In this document: in pieces, positions 1 through 8,322 of the stretch
How positions within the stretch are numbered: position 1 is the stretch's first letter
How the letters are laid out: each line of letters opens with the position of its first letter
Assembly: GCA_035940855.1 (NCBI GenBank)
Contig: DASZEM010000046.1
Span: 34,805-98,804 of the forward strand
DNA length: 64,000 bases
DNA from: Thermoanaerobaculia bacterium
Lineage (GTDB): Bacteria; Acidobacteriota; Thermoanaerobaculia; Multivoradales; UBA5704
Direction: 5' to 3'
The notes under the pieces: generated by a model
Told to the model about the DNA's origin: nothing
What the model saw: the letters and a program-made list of their open reading frames with translations, nothing else
The model's database searches: none
Translations under genes and position numbers: made by a program

Positions 1-1642
1 GCTTGATGTCGGTCGTGATCCCCAGCATCCACTCCAGGATGGGCAGGGCGAAGCTCCCCGCGGCCGTGACCAGAAGCCCGCCGGCCAGGGCGCAGATCAG
101 ATCGAAGCCCACCTGCATGGGGCCGCGCTCGGCGGGACCGAAGGCCGTGAGCACCAGCACCATCAGCAGGTTGACGGCCCCCACCACGAGCCCCACGCGC
201 GCCATCACCAGCCGGTGGCGGAACTGCGCGCTCTCCAGCGCGTAGAGGGCGGCGAGGGAGCCGGCGAGGCTGTAGAAGACCACCCAGAGCCCATCGCCGT
301 CCACCACCAGACGCGAGGCGAGGACGGAGAAGATCACCGAGAGCACGAGCGCGGCGTTGCGTCCCAGGAGCAGGGCGGCGAGCAGGGCCACGGCCGCGAA
401 GGGCAGCGCGTAGGCCCAGCTCCGGGCCGAGGTCAGGGGCGTGGCCTCGAAAGCGCCCGAGAGGGCGTTCGCCACCAGGAAGCAGAACTTGGTCCCCAGG
501 AGCGACAGCAGGAGCAGCAGCAGGCTCTCCGAGAACAGCCGGCCCCGGCTGTGGTCCGCCACCCGCTCGCCTCGCTGGCCGAGCCACACCACCGCGGCCA
601 CGAGCCCCAGCAGCGCGAAGGTCGCGGCGAGCGGCGGGAGCTGCCGCCGGAGCTGCCGCTCGCCCCGCATCTGGGCGATGATGCGGGCGTGGGCGGCGTC
701 CACGACGTCGCCCTTGCGCACGATCACCTGCCCCTTGCGGACCTGGTTGAACACTTGGCCGACGCCGGCGGCCGCGGCGGCCTGGCGCTGCAGGGTCTCG
801 CTGCGGTTCAGGAGCAGGTTGGGCGTCAGGTTCTCGAGCAGCAGGTCCACCAGGAGACGGCGCTCCTGCGAGGTGTAGCCGCTCCAGCCGCGCACCTCGG
901 ACTCGAAGAAGTCGCGCGCCTCGCCGGGGTAGCCCACGTTCTCGAAGAGGTCGAGATGCAACCGCTCGGCGCCGGTCGCGAGGTTGCGCAGGGTGACGCC
1001 GCGCATGCGGTTTTCGAGCAGCAGGTCCTTGTTGGCCACCACGCCCCGGCGCAGGGCCTGGGAGAGGGCGCCGCGGACGCGGTCCTCGAGATCCGGAGAG
1101 AAGCTCTTGCGGGCCAGGAGCCCGGCCTGGGCCGCGTTGATCCGCAGGCCGTCCGGCACCGGCTGGCCCGCCGCCAGCTCCTGGACGGCGGCCTCCCGGG
1201 CGGCGGCCTCGCCGCCCCTGCCGGCCTCCACCCGGGCCAGCAGGCGCCGGCCGCGGGCGAAGAGACGCGCCACCTGGGCATCGCGGTCGGCGATCACCCC
1301 GGGGTCCAGGTCGTAGACCGGGAGCACCGCCTCGCGGGCTTCCTGCTGCTTGGCCCGGGTGGCCTCGTCGTCGTTGAGCAGCAGGTCGCGCGAAGCGATG
1401 TAGTCGCGGTCGGCGATCGAGCCCGGCTCCGCCCGGCGGGAGAAGAGGAAGGCGCCCGGCATCAGGCACCACGTCCCCACCACGAGGAACAGGCCCAGCC
1501 ACAGGAAGGGCATCTCGACGGCGCGGTCCCAGGTGTCGCGCGCGTGGCGGCGCGTCTTCAGGCGGATCGTCCCCGTCCCGATCGGCACGGGGCGGATCTC
1601 GGTGACGGAGGTCGAGTCCTTTTCGCGATCCATGCGAGCCAT
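1..1642 (-). CDS. 7TM receptor with intracellular HD hydrolase (7TMR-HD family), N-terminal part; 3' end lies beyond window start
   Basis: Absent from ORF track because there is no in-window stop. Reverse-complement translation from ATG (1642) gives MARMDREKDSTSVTEIRPVPIG..., a long extracytoplasmic segment, then a run of hydrophobic helices (...LLLLLSLLGTKFCFLVANALSG...SVIFSVLASRLVV...VGLVVGAVNLLMVLVLTAF...ALPILEWMLGITTDIK). Classic position directly downstream of phoH. Confidence 0.65.
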   Translation of the reverse strand, partial: MARMDREKDSTSVTEIRPVPIGTGTIRLKTRRHARDTWDRAVEMPFLWLGLFLVVGTWCLMPGAFLFSRRAEPGSIADRDYIASRDLLLNDDEATRAKQQEAREAVLPVYDLDPGVIADRDAQVARLFARGRRLLARVEAGRGGEAAAREAAVQELAAGQPVPDGLRINAAQAGLLARKSFSPDLEDRVRGALSQALRRGVVANKDLLLENRMRGVTLRNLATGAERLHLDLFENVGYPGEARDFFESEVRGWSGYTSQERRLLVDLLLENLTPNLLLNRSETLQRQAAAAAGVGQVFNQVRKGQVIVRKGDVVDAAHARIIAQMRGERQLRRQLPPLAATFALLGLVAAVVWLGQRGERVADHSRGRLFSESLLLLLLSLLGTKFCFLVANALSGAFEATPLTSARSWAYALPFAAVALLAALLLGRNAALVLSVIFSVLASRLVVDGDGLWVVFYSLAGSLAALYALESAQFRHRLVMARVGLVVGAVNLLMVLVLTAFGPAERGPMQVGFDLICALAGGLLVTAAGSFALPILEWMLGITTDIK

Positions 1643-1673
1643 GGTGGTCACCCGTTGGAACGGGCTCCGGGGC

Positions 1674-2690
1674 TCATGCGGACGGGCTGCCTCCGCCCGC
1701 CGCGGCGGCCTGGCGCGCGGCGCGCACCTCGGCCTCCCGTTCGCCCTTCCTCTTCTCGAACGCGTCGTAGGCGGTGACGATCTTCTGCACCAGGTTGTGG
1801 CGCACGACGTCCCGCTGGTCGAAGTAGAAGAACTTGATCCCCTCGACACCCGAGAGGACCTCCTGGGCTTCGCGCAGGCCCGACGTCCGCCCATGGGGGA
1901 GGTCCACCTGGGTGACGTCGCCGTTGATCACGGCCTTGGAGTTGAAGCCGAGGCGGGTCAGGAACATCTTCATCTGCTCGGTCGTGGTGTTCTGGGCCTC
2001 GTCGAGGATGATGAAGCTGTCGTTGAGCGTGCGCCCGCGCATGAAGGCGATGGGCGCGATCTCGATGATCCCCCGCTCCATCATCCGCCCGACCTTCTCG
2101 TAGCCGATGATGTCGTGGAGGGCGTCGTGCAGGGGCCTCAAATAGGGATTGACCTTCTCCACCAGATCGCCCGGGAGGAAGCCCAGCTTCTCGCCGGCCT
2201 CGACCGCGGGCCGCGCCAGGATGATGCGCCGCACCCGCTTCTCCAGGAGGGCGGCGGCGGCCATGGCGACGGCGAGGTAGGTCTTGCCCGTGCCGGCCGG
2301 GCCGATCGAGATCACGATGTCGTGGTCGATCATCGCCTGCACGTAGAGCTGCTGCTTGAAGCTCCGGGGCGCGACGAGCCGCCGCACCGAGGCCAGCATG
2401 CCCTCGGGCAGGAAGAAGTCGATGAGCGAGGTCTCGGGCGACTCGGCGGCCACGCGGATGGCCGTCTGCACGTCCCCAGGACGGAAGCGGTAGCCCTTCT
2501 CCGTGACGGTCGACAGGTCCGAGAGCAGGCGCTCGACCACGCCCACCCGCTCGGGGTCGCCGTTGATGTGGATCTCGTTGCCTCGGGCGGTCAGGGTGAC
2601 GTCGAAGGTCCGCTCGATGCGACGCAGGTTTTCGTCCTGGGTCCCGAAGAGGGTGTCGAGCCCCTCCTCGGCGAGGGTGACTTGGGTCAT
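1674..2690 (-). CDS. phoH: PhoH family ATPase (phosphate-starvation-inducible protein PhoH-like)
   Basis: 338 aa; Walker [16 protein letters not shown]; KH-like N-terminal region; conserved DEAQN... PhoH core. Confidence 0.9.
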   Translation of the reverse strand: MTQVTLAEEGLDTLFGTQDENLRRIERTFDVTLTARGNEIHINGDPERVGVVERLLSDLSTVTEKGYRFRPGDVQTAIRVAAESPETSLIDFFLPEGMLASVRRLVAPRSFKQQLYVQAMIDHDIVISIGPAGTGKTYLAVAMAAAALLEKRVRRIILARPAVEAGEKLGFLPGDLVEKVNPYLRPLHDALHDIIGYEKVGRMMERGIIEIAPIAFMRGRTLNDSFIILDEAQNTTTEQMKMFLTRLGFNSKAVINGDVTQVDLPHGRTSGLREAQEVLSGVEGIKFFYFDQRDVVRHNLVQKIVTAYDAFEKRKGEREAEVRAARQAAAAGGGSPSA

Positions 2691-2804
2691 CGCGGTTCGT
2701 TTCTCGAAAGAACCGATGAAGGGAGCGCGAGCATGAAGTGAATGTCCTCCGGTTCGGGTCCCCCGGGCCGGCTCGGCCGTCCCGGGGATGCAAGTGTAGC
2801 AGAC

Positions 2805-3665
2805 CTATTTCTTCCCGTAGTCGTAGAACCCCCGGCCGCTCTTCTTGCCCAGCCGGCCGGCGGTCACCATCTGCTTCAAGAGCGGCGGCGGCGCGAAGCG
2901 CTTCTCCCGGTACTCCTCGAACATGATGTTGGCGATGTAGTAGGTCGTGTCGAGCCCCACGAAGTCGAGCAGGGTGAACGGCCCCATGGGATAGCCGCAG
3001 CCGAGCTGCATGCCCTTGTCGATGTCCTCCACGCTGCCCACCCCCTCTTCCAACGCCCGAATGGCGTCCAGCAGGTAGGGCACCAGCAGGCGGTTGACCA
3101 CGAAGCCCGAGTTGTCGCGGCAGGCGATGGGTTCCTTGCCCAGCGAGCGGGCGAACTCGAAGGCCCGGTCATAGGCCTCGTCCGAGGTCAGGAGGGTGCG
3201 CACCACCTCGACCAGCTTCATCACCGGCACGGGGTTGAAGAAGTGGAGCCCCACGAACCGGTCCGGCCGCTGGGTGAACATGGCCATCTGGGTGATGGTG
3301 AGAGACGAGGTGTTGCTGGCGAAGACCGCGTCCTCCTTGACGGCCTCGTCGAGAGTGCTGAAGGTCTTCCGCTTCTCTTCCAGGTTCTCCACGATGGCCT
3401 CCACGACCACGTCGCAGTCGGCCAGGTCCGCCAGGTCCACCGTGCCCCGCAGGCGCGCGGCCGTCTCGTCGCGGACGGCGGCGTCGAGCTTGCCCTTCTC
3501 CACGGCCTTGTTGAGGGAGCCGTGGATCTTCTGGACGCCCCGGTCCACCAGCTCGCTCGTCACCTCGCGCACCACCGTCTCGTAGCCCGCCCGCGCCGCC
3601 ACCTCGGCGATCCCCGAGCCCATCAGGCCGCAGCCCAGGACGCCCACCTTCTTGATCTTCTTCAT
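2805..3665 (-). CDS. hbd: 3-hydroxybutyryl-CoA dehydrogenase
   Basis: 286 aa; N-terminal NAD Rossmann motif VGVLGCGLMGSGIAEV; 3HCDH core (FFNPVPVMKLVEV, NSGFVVNRLL). Confidence 0.85.
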   Translation of the reverse strand: MKKIKKVGVLGCGLMGSGIAEVAARAGYETVVREVTSELVDRGVQKIHGSLNKAVEKGKLDAAVRDETAARLRGTVDLADLADCDVVVEAIVENLEEKRKTFSTLDEAVKEDAVFASNTSSLTITQMAMFTQRPDRFVGLHFFNPVPVMKLVEVVRTLLTSDEAYDRAFEFARSLGKEPIACRDNSGFVVNRLLVPYLLDAIRALEEGVGSVEDIDKGMQLGCGYPMGPFTLLDFVGLDTTYYIANIMFEEYREKRFAPPPLLKQMVTAGRLGKKSGRGFYDYGKK

Positions 3666-3674
3666 CGGTCCCTC

Positions 3675-4145
3675 CTATCTGGAATCCGTCTGGATGTCTT
3701 CGGTTTCAACGATCTCCCGCCCTTCCGGTGTCTGCGGGGTCTCTATTCTTGCCAAGCGCATGAACCGGGCACCCGGTACCGCGAACGGCAGCCGCTCGGC
3801 CCACTCGACGACCTTGACGCCCGGACCGGCCAGCAGCTCTTCGAGCCCCAGGGCGGCGGTCTGCTCCGGCTCCAGCCGGTACAGGTCCACGTGGACCAAC
3901 CGGCCGCCGCGTCCCTGGTGCTCCCGGATCAGCGTGAAGGTGGGCGACTGAACCTCGCGGGGGTCGATCCCCAGGCCCTCGCCGATCCCCCGGGCCAGCA
4001 CGGTCTTGCCGCTCCCCAACTCGCCCGAGAGCAGCAGGACGCCGTCCGGCGCCAGCTCCCCGGCGAGGCTCCGGCCCAGCTCGCGCGTCTCCTCCTCGCT
4101 CCGGGTGGTCCAGCGCCTCAAGGCCGGCGCCTTCCCACCGGCCAC
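3675..4145 (-). CDS. tsaE: tRNA threonylcarbamoyladenosine biosynthesis protein TsaE
   Basis: 156 aa; P-loop GELGSGKTVLARGI and SPTFTLIREH motif typical of YjeE/TsaE; overlaps downstream end of nnr. Confidence 0.85.
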   Translation of the reverse strand: MAGGKAPALRRWTTRSEEETRELGRSLAGELAPDGVLLLSGELGSGKTVLARGIGEGLGIDPREVQSPTFTLIREHQGRGGRLVHVDLYRLEPEQTAALGLEELLAGPGVKVVEWAERLPFAVPGARFMRLARIETPQTPEGREIVETEDIQTDSR

Positions 4146-5749
4146 AGGCCATGCCCGCGCTCCGGGGCATGATCGTGATCGTGGCCCTCGTCCTCGTCCG
4201 CCCGCTTCAGCGCGGCGAAGGCGGCCGGCAGGACCTCGATCAGGTCGCCCGCGGCGAGCGCGGTCTCTCCCAGCCGGCCGGCCGCGAGATCGCCCGCCAG
4301 GCCGTGGAGATAGACCGCCAGCACCGTGGCGTCCAGGGCGTCGAGACCCTGGGCGAGCAGGCCGGCGATCAGGCCCGTCAGCACGTCGCCGCTGCCGCCC
4401 GTGGCCATGCCCGGGTTGCCCGTGGGATTGACGAACACCGCCGTGCCCAAGGCGATCAGGGAGAGGTGCCCCTTCAGGACCACGATGGCGCCCGTCTCCT
4501 CGGCCGCGCCGCGCGCCGCGGCCACCCGGTCCTCCTGGATCTGGGCGGTCGAGACTCCCAGCAGCCGCCCCAACTCGCCGGGGTGCGGGGTCAGCACGGT
4601 CTCCACCCGGCGGGCCGCCAGGTCCCCGGCATGGCCGGCGAAGGCGTTCAAGCCGTCGGCGTCGAGCACCAGCGGCAGCGGGCAGCCGAGCACGATCCTG
4701 CGGATGGCCGCCACCGTGGCCGGCTCCTGCCCCAGGCCGGGTCCCAGGGCGAGCACGGCCTTGCCCTCGGCCGCGTCGAGCACGGCTTCGGCGGCCTCGT
4801 CGAGCAACTGGCCCGAGGCGCCCGCCGGCAGCCCCAGGGTCATCGACTCGATGGAGCCCAGGTCCACCGTCTGCAGGATCGGCTCCGGCACTCCTACCGT
4901 CACTAGCCCGGCCCCGGCGCGCACGGCGGCGCGGGCGGCCAGGATGGCGGCTCCCGCCTTGCCCGGCGAGCCGGCCACGATCAGGGCGTGGCCGTAATCC
5001 CCCTTGTGGGAGCCGGGCTCGCGCTCGGGCACCAGGTCCGCCAGCTCCTCGCCGATCAGCAGATGGAGGTCCCCATCCTCCTCCTCGACGTCGTCGACGA
5101 GACGCGGCGGGATCCCCAGGTCCGTCACCACCATCTCCCCCACCGCGTCCGCGGCCGGCGGGAAGACGTGGGCCACCTTGGGCGCCGCGAAGGTCACGGT
5201 CAGGTCAGCTTCCACGTGCGGGCCGATGGGTTGCGACTCGCTGCCCGAAAGGCCGCTCGGCAGATCGACGGCCACGCACGGCGCCGGCAGCGCGTTGATG
5301 GCGTCCACCACCAGGGCGAACAGGCCTTCGAGCGGCCGGGCGAGCCCGGTACCGAAGAGGGCGTCCACCAGCACGTCGCACTCCGCCGCCGCGTCGAAGG
5401 CGGCGTCCAGCACGTCCGCCGAGCCGATCTCCAGGACGGGCAGCTCGGCCTTGCGGCAGATCCCGAGCTGCACCCCGGCGTCCGCCGAGAGCTCCCGGCC
5501 GCCCGTGACCAGGAAGACCCGCACCTCCCAGCCGCGCACCGAGAGATGGCGCGCCACGGCCAGGCCGTCGCCGCCGTTGTTGCCCGGACCGCAGAACACC
5601 GCCACGGACTCGGCCTCGCCGAACGCCTTGCCCAGCGCCTCGACCACGCCGATGGCGGCGTTCTCCATCAGCACCAGACTGGGGATCCCCAGCTCTTCGA
5701 TGGCCGCGCGGTCCACCTCGCGCATCGCTTCCGCGGTCAGGATCCTCAT
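4118..5749 (-). CDS. nnr: Bifunctional NAD(P)H-hydrate repair enzyme Nnr (epimerase + ADP-dependent dehydratase)
   Basis: Start taken at M24 (MRILTAEAMREVD..., ATG 5747-5749). YjeF-N domain (VFCGPGNNGGDGLAVARHL) followed by carbohydrate-kinase-like YjeF-C domain (GDYGHALIVAGSPGKAGAAILAARAA...GGSGDVLTG). Confidence 0.85.
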   Translation of the reverse strand: MRILTAEAMREVDRAAIEELGIPSLVLMENAAIGVVEALGKAFGEAESVAVFCGPGNNGGDGLAVARHLSVRGWEVRVFLVTGGRELSADAGVQLGICRKAELPVLEIGSADVLDAAFDAAAECDVLVDALFGTGLARPLEGLFALVVDAINALPAPCVAVDLPSGLSGSESQPIGPHVEADLTVTFAAPKVAHVFPPAADAVGEMVVTDLGIPPRLVDDVEEEDGDLHLLIGEELADLVPEREPGSHKGDYGHALIVAGSPGKAGAAILAARAAVRAGAGLVTVGVPEPILQTVDLGSIESMTLGLPAGASGQLLDEAAEAVLDAAEGKAVLALGPGLGQEPATVAAIRRIVLGCPLPLVLDADGLNAFAGHAGDLAARRVETVLTPHPGELGRLLGVSTAQIQEDRVAAARGAAEETGAIVVLKGHLSLIALGTAVFVNPTGNPGMATGGSGDVLTGLIAGLLAQGLDALDATVLAVYLHGLAGDLAAGRLGETALAAGDLIEVLPAAFAALKRADEDEGHDHDHAPERGHGLWPVGRRRP

Positions 5750-6444
5750 GCCGTGCCCCCCGTTTTGCCTGGAAAAAAGCGTCCCAGTGATTGAAGGAGA
5801 TCCCGGGTGCGCGGGCAACCGAGGTCCGATTCGGTGTCTTCCGCCAGGCGCCCGGCGAGGCGGCGCAGATCCTGCGGCGTGTCCACGTCCGAAGCCTCGG
5901 GCAGCAGCTCGACGGCGAGCCCCAGCTCGCGGCAGCGCTCCAGGGTGGTTGGCAGGACCCGGTCGGTGCTCCAGGCGACATCCTCGAAGAGACGGGGATG
6001 GACGGCGTCCGCGCGCAGGGCGATCAGATAGTAGCCGCCGTCCTCCGCGGGGCCCAGCACCACGTCCGCCCCGGCCTCCGGTGTCTCCAGGGTCTCGAAA
6101 GCGCGATGGATCAGAGAGAGCGGCAGCGTGGGATGGTCGCTCCCCAGAGCCGCCACGGCCCCGGCTCCCGGCTCGGAGAGAGCGCGGTACAGCCGCTCGC
6201 CGAGGTCGCTCCCCTGCTGGCGCACGCCCGGCGCCGGCCCGGCCGGGATCTCCTCGTCCTCCTCGAGCGCCCAGGCGAGGCGCAGCTCGAAGTCTCCCTC
6301 CCGCAGCCGGTCCAGCAGGTCCTCCAGGAACGCCGTGTGCAGCCTCGCCGCCTCGGCGGCGGTAAGATCCCCGATCAGCCGGGTCTTCACCCGGCCTTCC
6401 CGGGCCGGCTTGGTGAACAGCAGGAGGCGGCGGGAGGCGGACAT
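5746..6444 (-). CDS. DUF2064 / TIGR04282-like nucleotidyl-(glycosyl)transferase-like protein
   Basis: Real start judged to be MSASRRLLLFTKPAREGRVKTRL... (ATG 6442-6444), a conserved N-terminal motif of this family. The 131-aa upstream extension in the track is antisense to the divergent DUF62 gene. Confidence 0.55.
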   Translation of the reverse strand: MSASRRLLLFTKPAREGRVKTRLIGDLTAAEAARLHTAFLEDLLDRLREGDFELRLAWALEEDEEIPAGPAPGVRQQGSDLGERLYRALSEPGAGAVAALGSDHPTLPLSLIHRAFETLETPEAGADVVLGPAEDGGYYLIALRADAVHPRLFEDVAWSTDRVLPTTLERCRELGLAVELLPEASDVDTPQDLRRLAGRLAEDTESDLGCPRTRDLLQSLGRFFPGKTGGTA

Positions 6445-6465
6445 GCGGCCGGGATTGTATCCAAA

Positions 6466-7236
6466 ATGATCCTGACTCTTCTGACCGATTTCGGCACCAC
6501 CGATTACTACGCCGCCGCCGTCAAGGGCACGGTCCTGCGATTGGCGCCGGGGACGACCCTCGTGGACGTCTCCCACGAGGTGCCGCCCGGGGACGTGGAG
6601 ACGGCGGCCTTCCTGCTCGCGGCCGCGGCGCCTTCCTTTCCCGAGGGGACGGTCCACCTGGCCGTGGTGGACCCCGGCGTGGGCAGCGAGCGGCGCATCC
6701 TGGCGGTGCGCACGGCCACGGCCTGGTTCGTGGCTCCGGACAACGGCCTGCTCACGCCGGTGCTCGACGGCGCCGTCTCCGTCTGGTCCGTCGAGCGGAG
6801 CGGCCTGTTCCTTCCCAGTCCAGGCCAGACGTTCCACGGCCGCGACCGCTTCGCCCCCGTGGCCGCCTGGCTCCTGCGCGGCGAGCCCGGTGACGCCTTG
6901 GGACCGGAGATCGAGGATCCCAAGCGGCTCGCGCTCTCAAAACCGCAGCGGAAGTCGAGCGGACTGGCCGGACGAATCGTCCACATCGATCAGTACGGCA
7001 ATCTGATCACGGACATCCCCACGGCCTGGCTGCCCCCGGGATCTTGCCGCGTCGAGATCGCGGGACGGTCCGTCACCCGGCGGGCGAGCCACTACGCCGA
7101 AATCCCGGCGGGCGAGGCGGCCCTGATCCCCGGCTCCCTCGGAACGGTCGAGCTGTCGCTCAACGGCGACGACCTCGCCCGCCACTGGGGAGTCCTCCGG
7201 GGGGCCAAAGTGGACATCACATGGAACGAATCTTGA
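6466..7236 (+). CDS. SAM hydroxide adenosyltransferase (DUF62; fluorinase/chlorinase-like fold)
   Basis: 256 aa starting MILTLLTDFGTTDYYAAAVKG...; conserved DFG, VVDPGVG and HIDQYGNLITDI motifs of the DUF62 family. Divergent from the DUF2064 gene with a 21-bp gap. Confidence 0.8.
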   Translation: MILTLLTDFGTTDYYAAAVKGTVLRLAPGTTLVDVSHEVPPGDVETAAFLLAAAAPSFPEGTVHLAVVDPGVGSERRILAVRTATAWFVAPDNGLLTPVLDGAVSVWSVERSGLFLPSPGQTFHGRDRFAPVAAWLLRGEPGDALGPEIEDPKRLALSKPQRKSSGLAGRIVHIDQYGNLITDIPTAWLPPGSCRVEIAGRSVTRRASHYAEIPAGEAALIPGSLGTVELSLNGDDLARHWGVLRGAKVDITWNES

Positions 7237-7358
7237 AGGGGGCTTTTCCGGGTGGCCGCGCGGATGTGACAACGCGGTGACGGAACCGCTACAGAGCGGC
7301 TACAATCAACTGCGTTCGCGGCGTGTGCCCGATCGATCTTCGGAAGGAGCGAGTGGCC

Positions 7359-7550
7359 ATGACCAAGTGGGAGTACAAGATCATCAACATCCGCAGCGAA
7401 AACTACCGTCTCGATCCGAATGCCGCGCCGCAACTGAATCAACTGGGTGAGGACGGGTGGGAGCTCGTCTCCATCACCTCCGTCAACTTCAAGACCGGCG
7501 CGACCGACAACATCGCCATGGTCTTCAAGCGACCGGTCGCCGCCGACTGA
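7359..7550 (+). CDS. DUF4177 domain small protein
   Basis: 63 aa, MTKWEYKIINI...LNQLGEDGWELVSIT; RBS GGAAGGAG 7 nt upstream. Confidence 0.55.
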   Translation: MTKWEYKIINIRSENYRLDPNAAPQLNQLGEDGWELVSITSVNFKTGATDNIAMVFKRPVAAD

Positions 7551-7600
7551 TACCGGCTGATGCCGGCTGATGCCGGCTGATATTGGCTGATATCGGCTGA
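7541..7600. repeat. Six tandem copies of a 10-bp unit (cgccgaCTGA taccggCTGA tgccggCTGA tgccggCTGA tattggCTGA tatcggCTGA)
   Basis: Seen directly in the sequence. Starts inside the last codons/stop of the DUF4177 gene and fills the convergent junction with the DUF883-like gene. Confidence 0.8.
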
Positions 7601-7602
7601 CC

Positions 7603-7830
7603 CTACTTCTTCAGCTTCTTCCTCTTCTTCTTCCGGCCGCGACGGACCGCCACGGCGAAGCCCGCCGCGCCGGCCGCGAGCGCCATCAGCCAGTACTTCT
7701 TCCTGGGGACGATCCCCACCTCGGTCTGCACCGCCGTGCGCACCTCGGCCAGCCGCAGCTCGGCCTCGCGGCGGCTCTCCTCCAGGCGGCGCTCGGCCTC
7801 GCGCCGCGCCTCTTCCAGACGGTCGGTCAT
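7603..7830 (-). CDS. DUF883 (YqjD/ElaB-like) membrane-anchored stress protein
   Basis: 75 aa; charged coiled-coil N-terminus (MTDRLEEARREAERRLEESRREAELRLAE), single C-terminal TM helix, basic tail RRGRKKKRKKLKK. ATGA overlap with the upstream holin-like gene. Confidence 0.5.
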   Translation of the reverse strand: MTDRLEEARREAERRLEESRREAELRLAEVRTAVQTEVGIVPRKKYWLMALAAGAAGFAVAVRRGRKKKRKKLKK

Positions 7831-8288
7831 GGCAGGTCCCTCCCGAGCGGCTCTCCGCTCCCGGCGGTCGCCGCGGTGGGGGCGGACGGCTCCACGTCCA
7901 GCGTCTTCTGCTGGGCGAGGAGGCCGTGCTGCCACCAGTCCAGATGATTGTCCACGCGCCGGCGGACGGTCGTGACGGGGCTCTCCACCTTCTTCAGGCG
8001 CTTGACGCCCAGGTTGACCAGAAGGACCGCCGCCAGCGCGAAGAGCGCCAGCACGATCAGCGAGGCGCCCCACCACGGCAGCCAGATGTGGAGCAGCGCC
8101 ACCAGGGCGAAGAGCAGGAGGCCGACGATCCAGAACGCCAGGACGGCGGCGGCGCCCAGGAACGCCAGGGCCACGCCGAGATAGCGGCCCGAGCGCCCGA
8201 AGTCCTCCTGGAGCGTGTCGAGCTCGGCCCGCCAGACTTCGAGCAGCGCCTCGCCCAGCGAGCGAAACATCTCGATCCATCCTGCCAT
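7827..8288 (-). CDS. Putative holin-X / DUF1469 (YqjE-like) membrane protein
   Basis: Two hydrophobic helices (YLGVALAFLGAAAVLAFWIVGLLLFALVALL...LIVLALFALAAVLLVNLGV). Start uncertain: TTG 8300, ATG 8288 or ATG 8270. Paired with the DUF883 gene as in yqjD-yqjE. Confidence 0.5.
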   Translation of the reverse strand: MAGWIEMFRSLGEALLEVWRAELDTLQEDFGRSGRYLGVALAFLGAAAVLAFWIVGLLLFALVALLHIWLPWWGASLIVLALFALAAVLLVNLGVKRLKKVESPVTTVRRRVDNHLDWWQHGLLAQQKTLDVEPSAPTAATAGSGEPLGRDLP

Positions 8289-8322
8289 CCCACCCCCCAA
8301 TTCCCTGTTGTCTGCTGGCCGT

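Noticed and set aside
215-1777. 520-aa plus-strand ORF rich in Arg/Gly/His/Glu
   Set aside because: It is antisense to the well-supported 7TMR-HD gene, and its low-complexity composition is typical of GC-rich reverse-frame artefacts.
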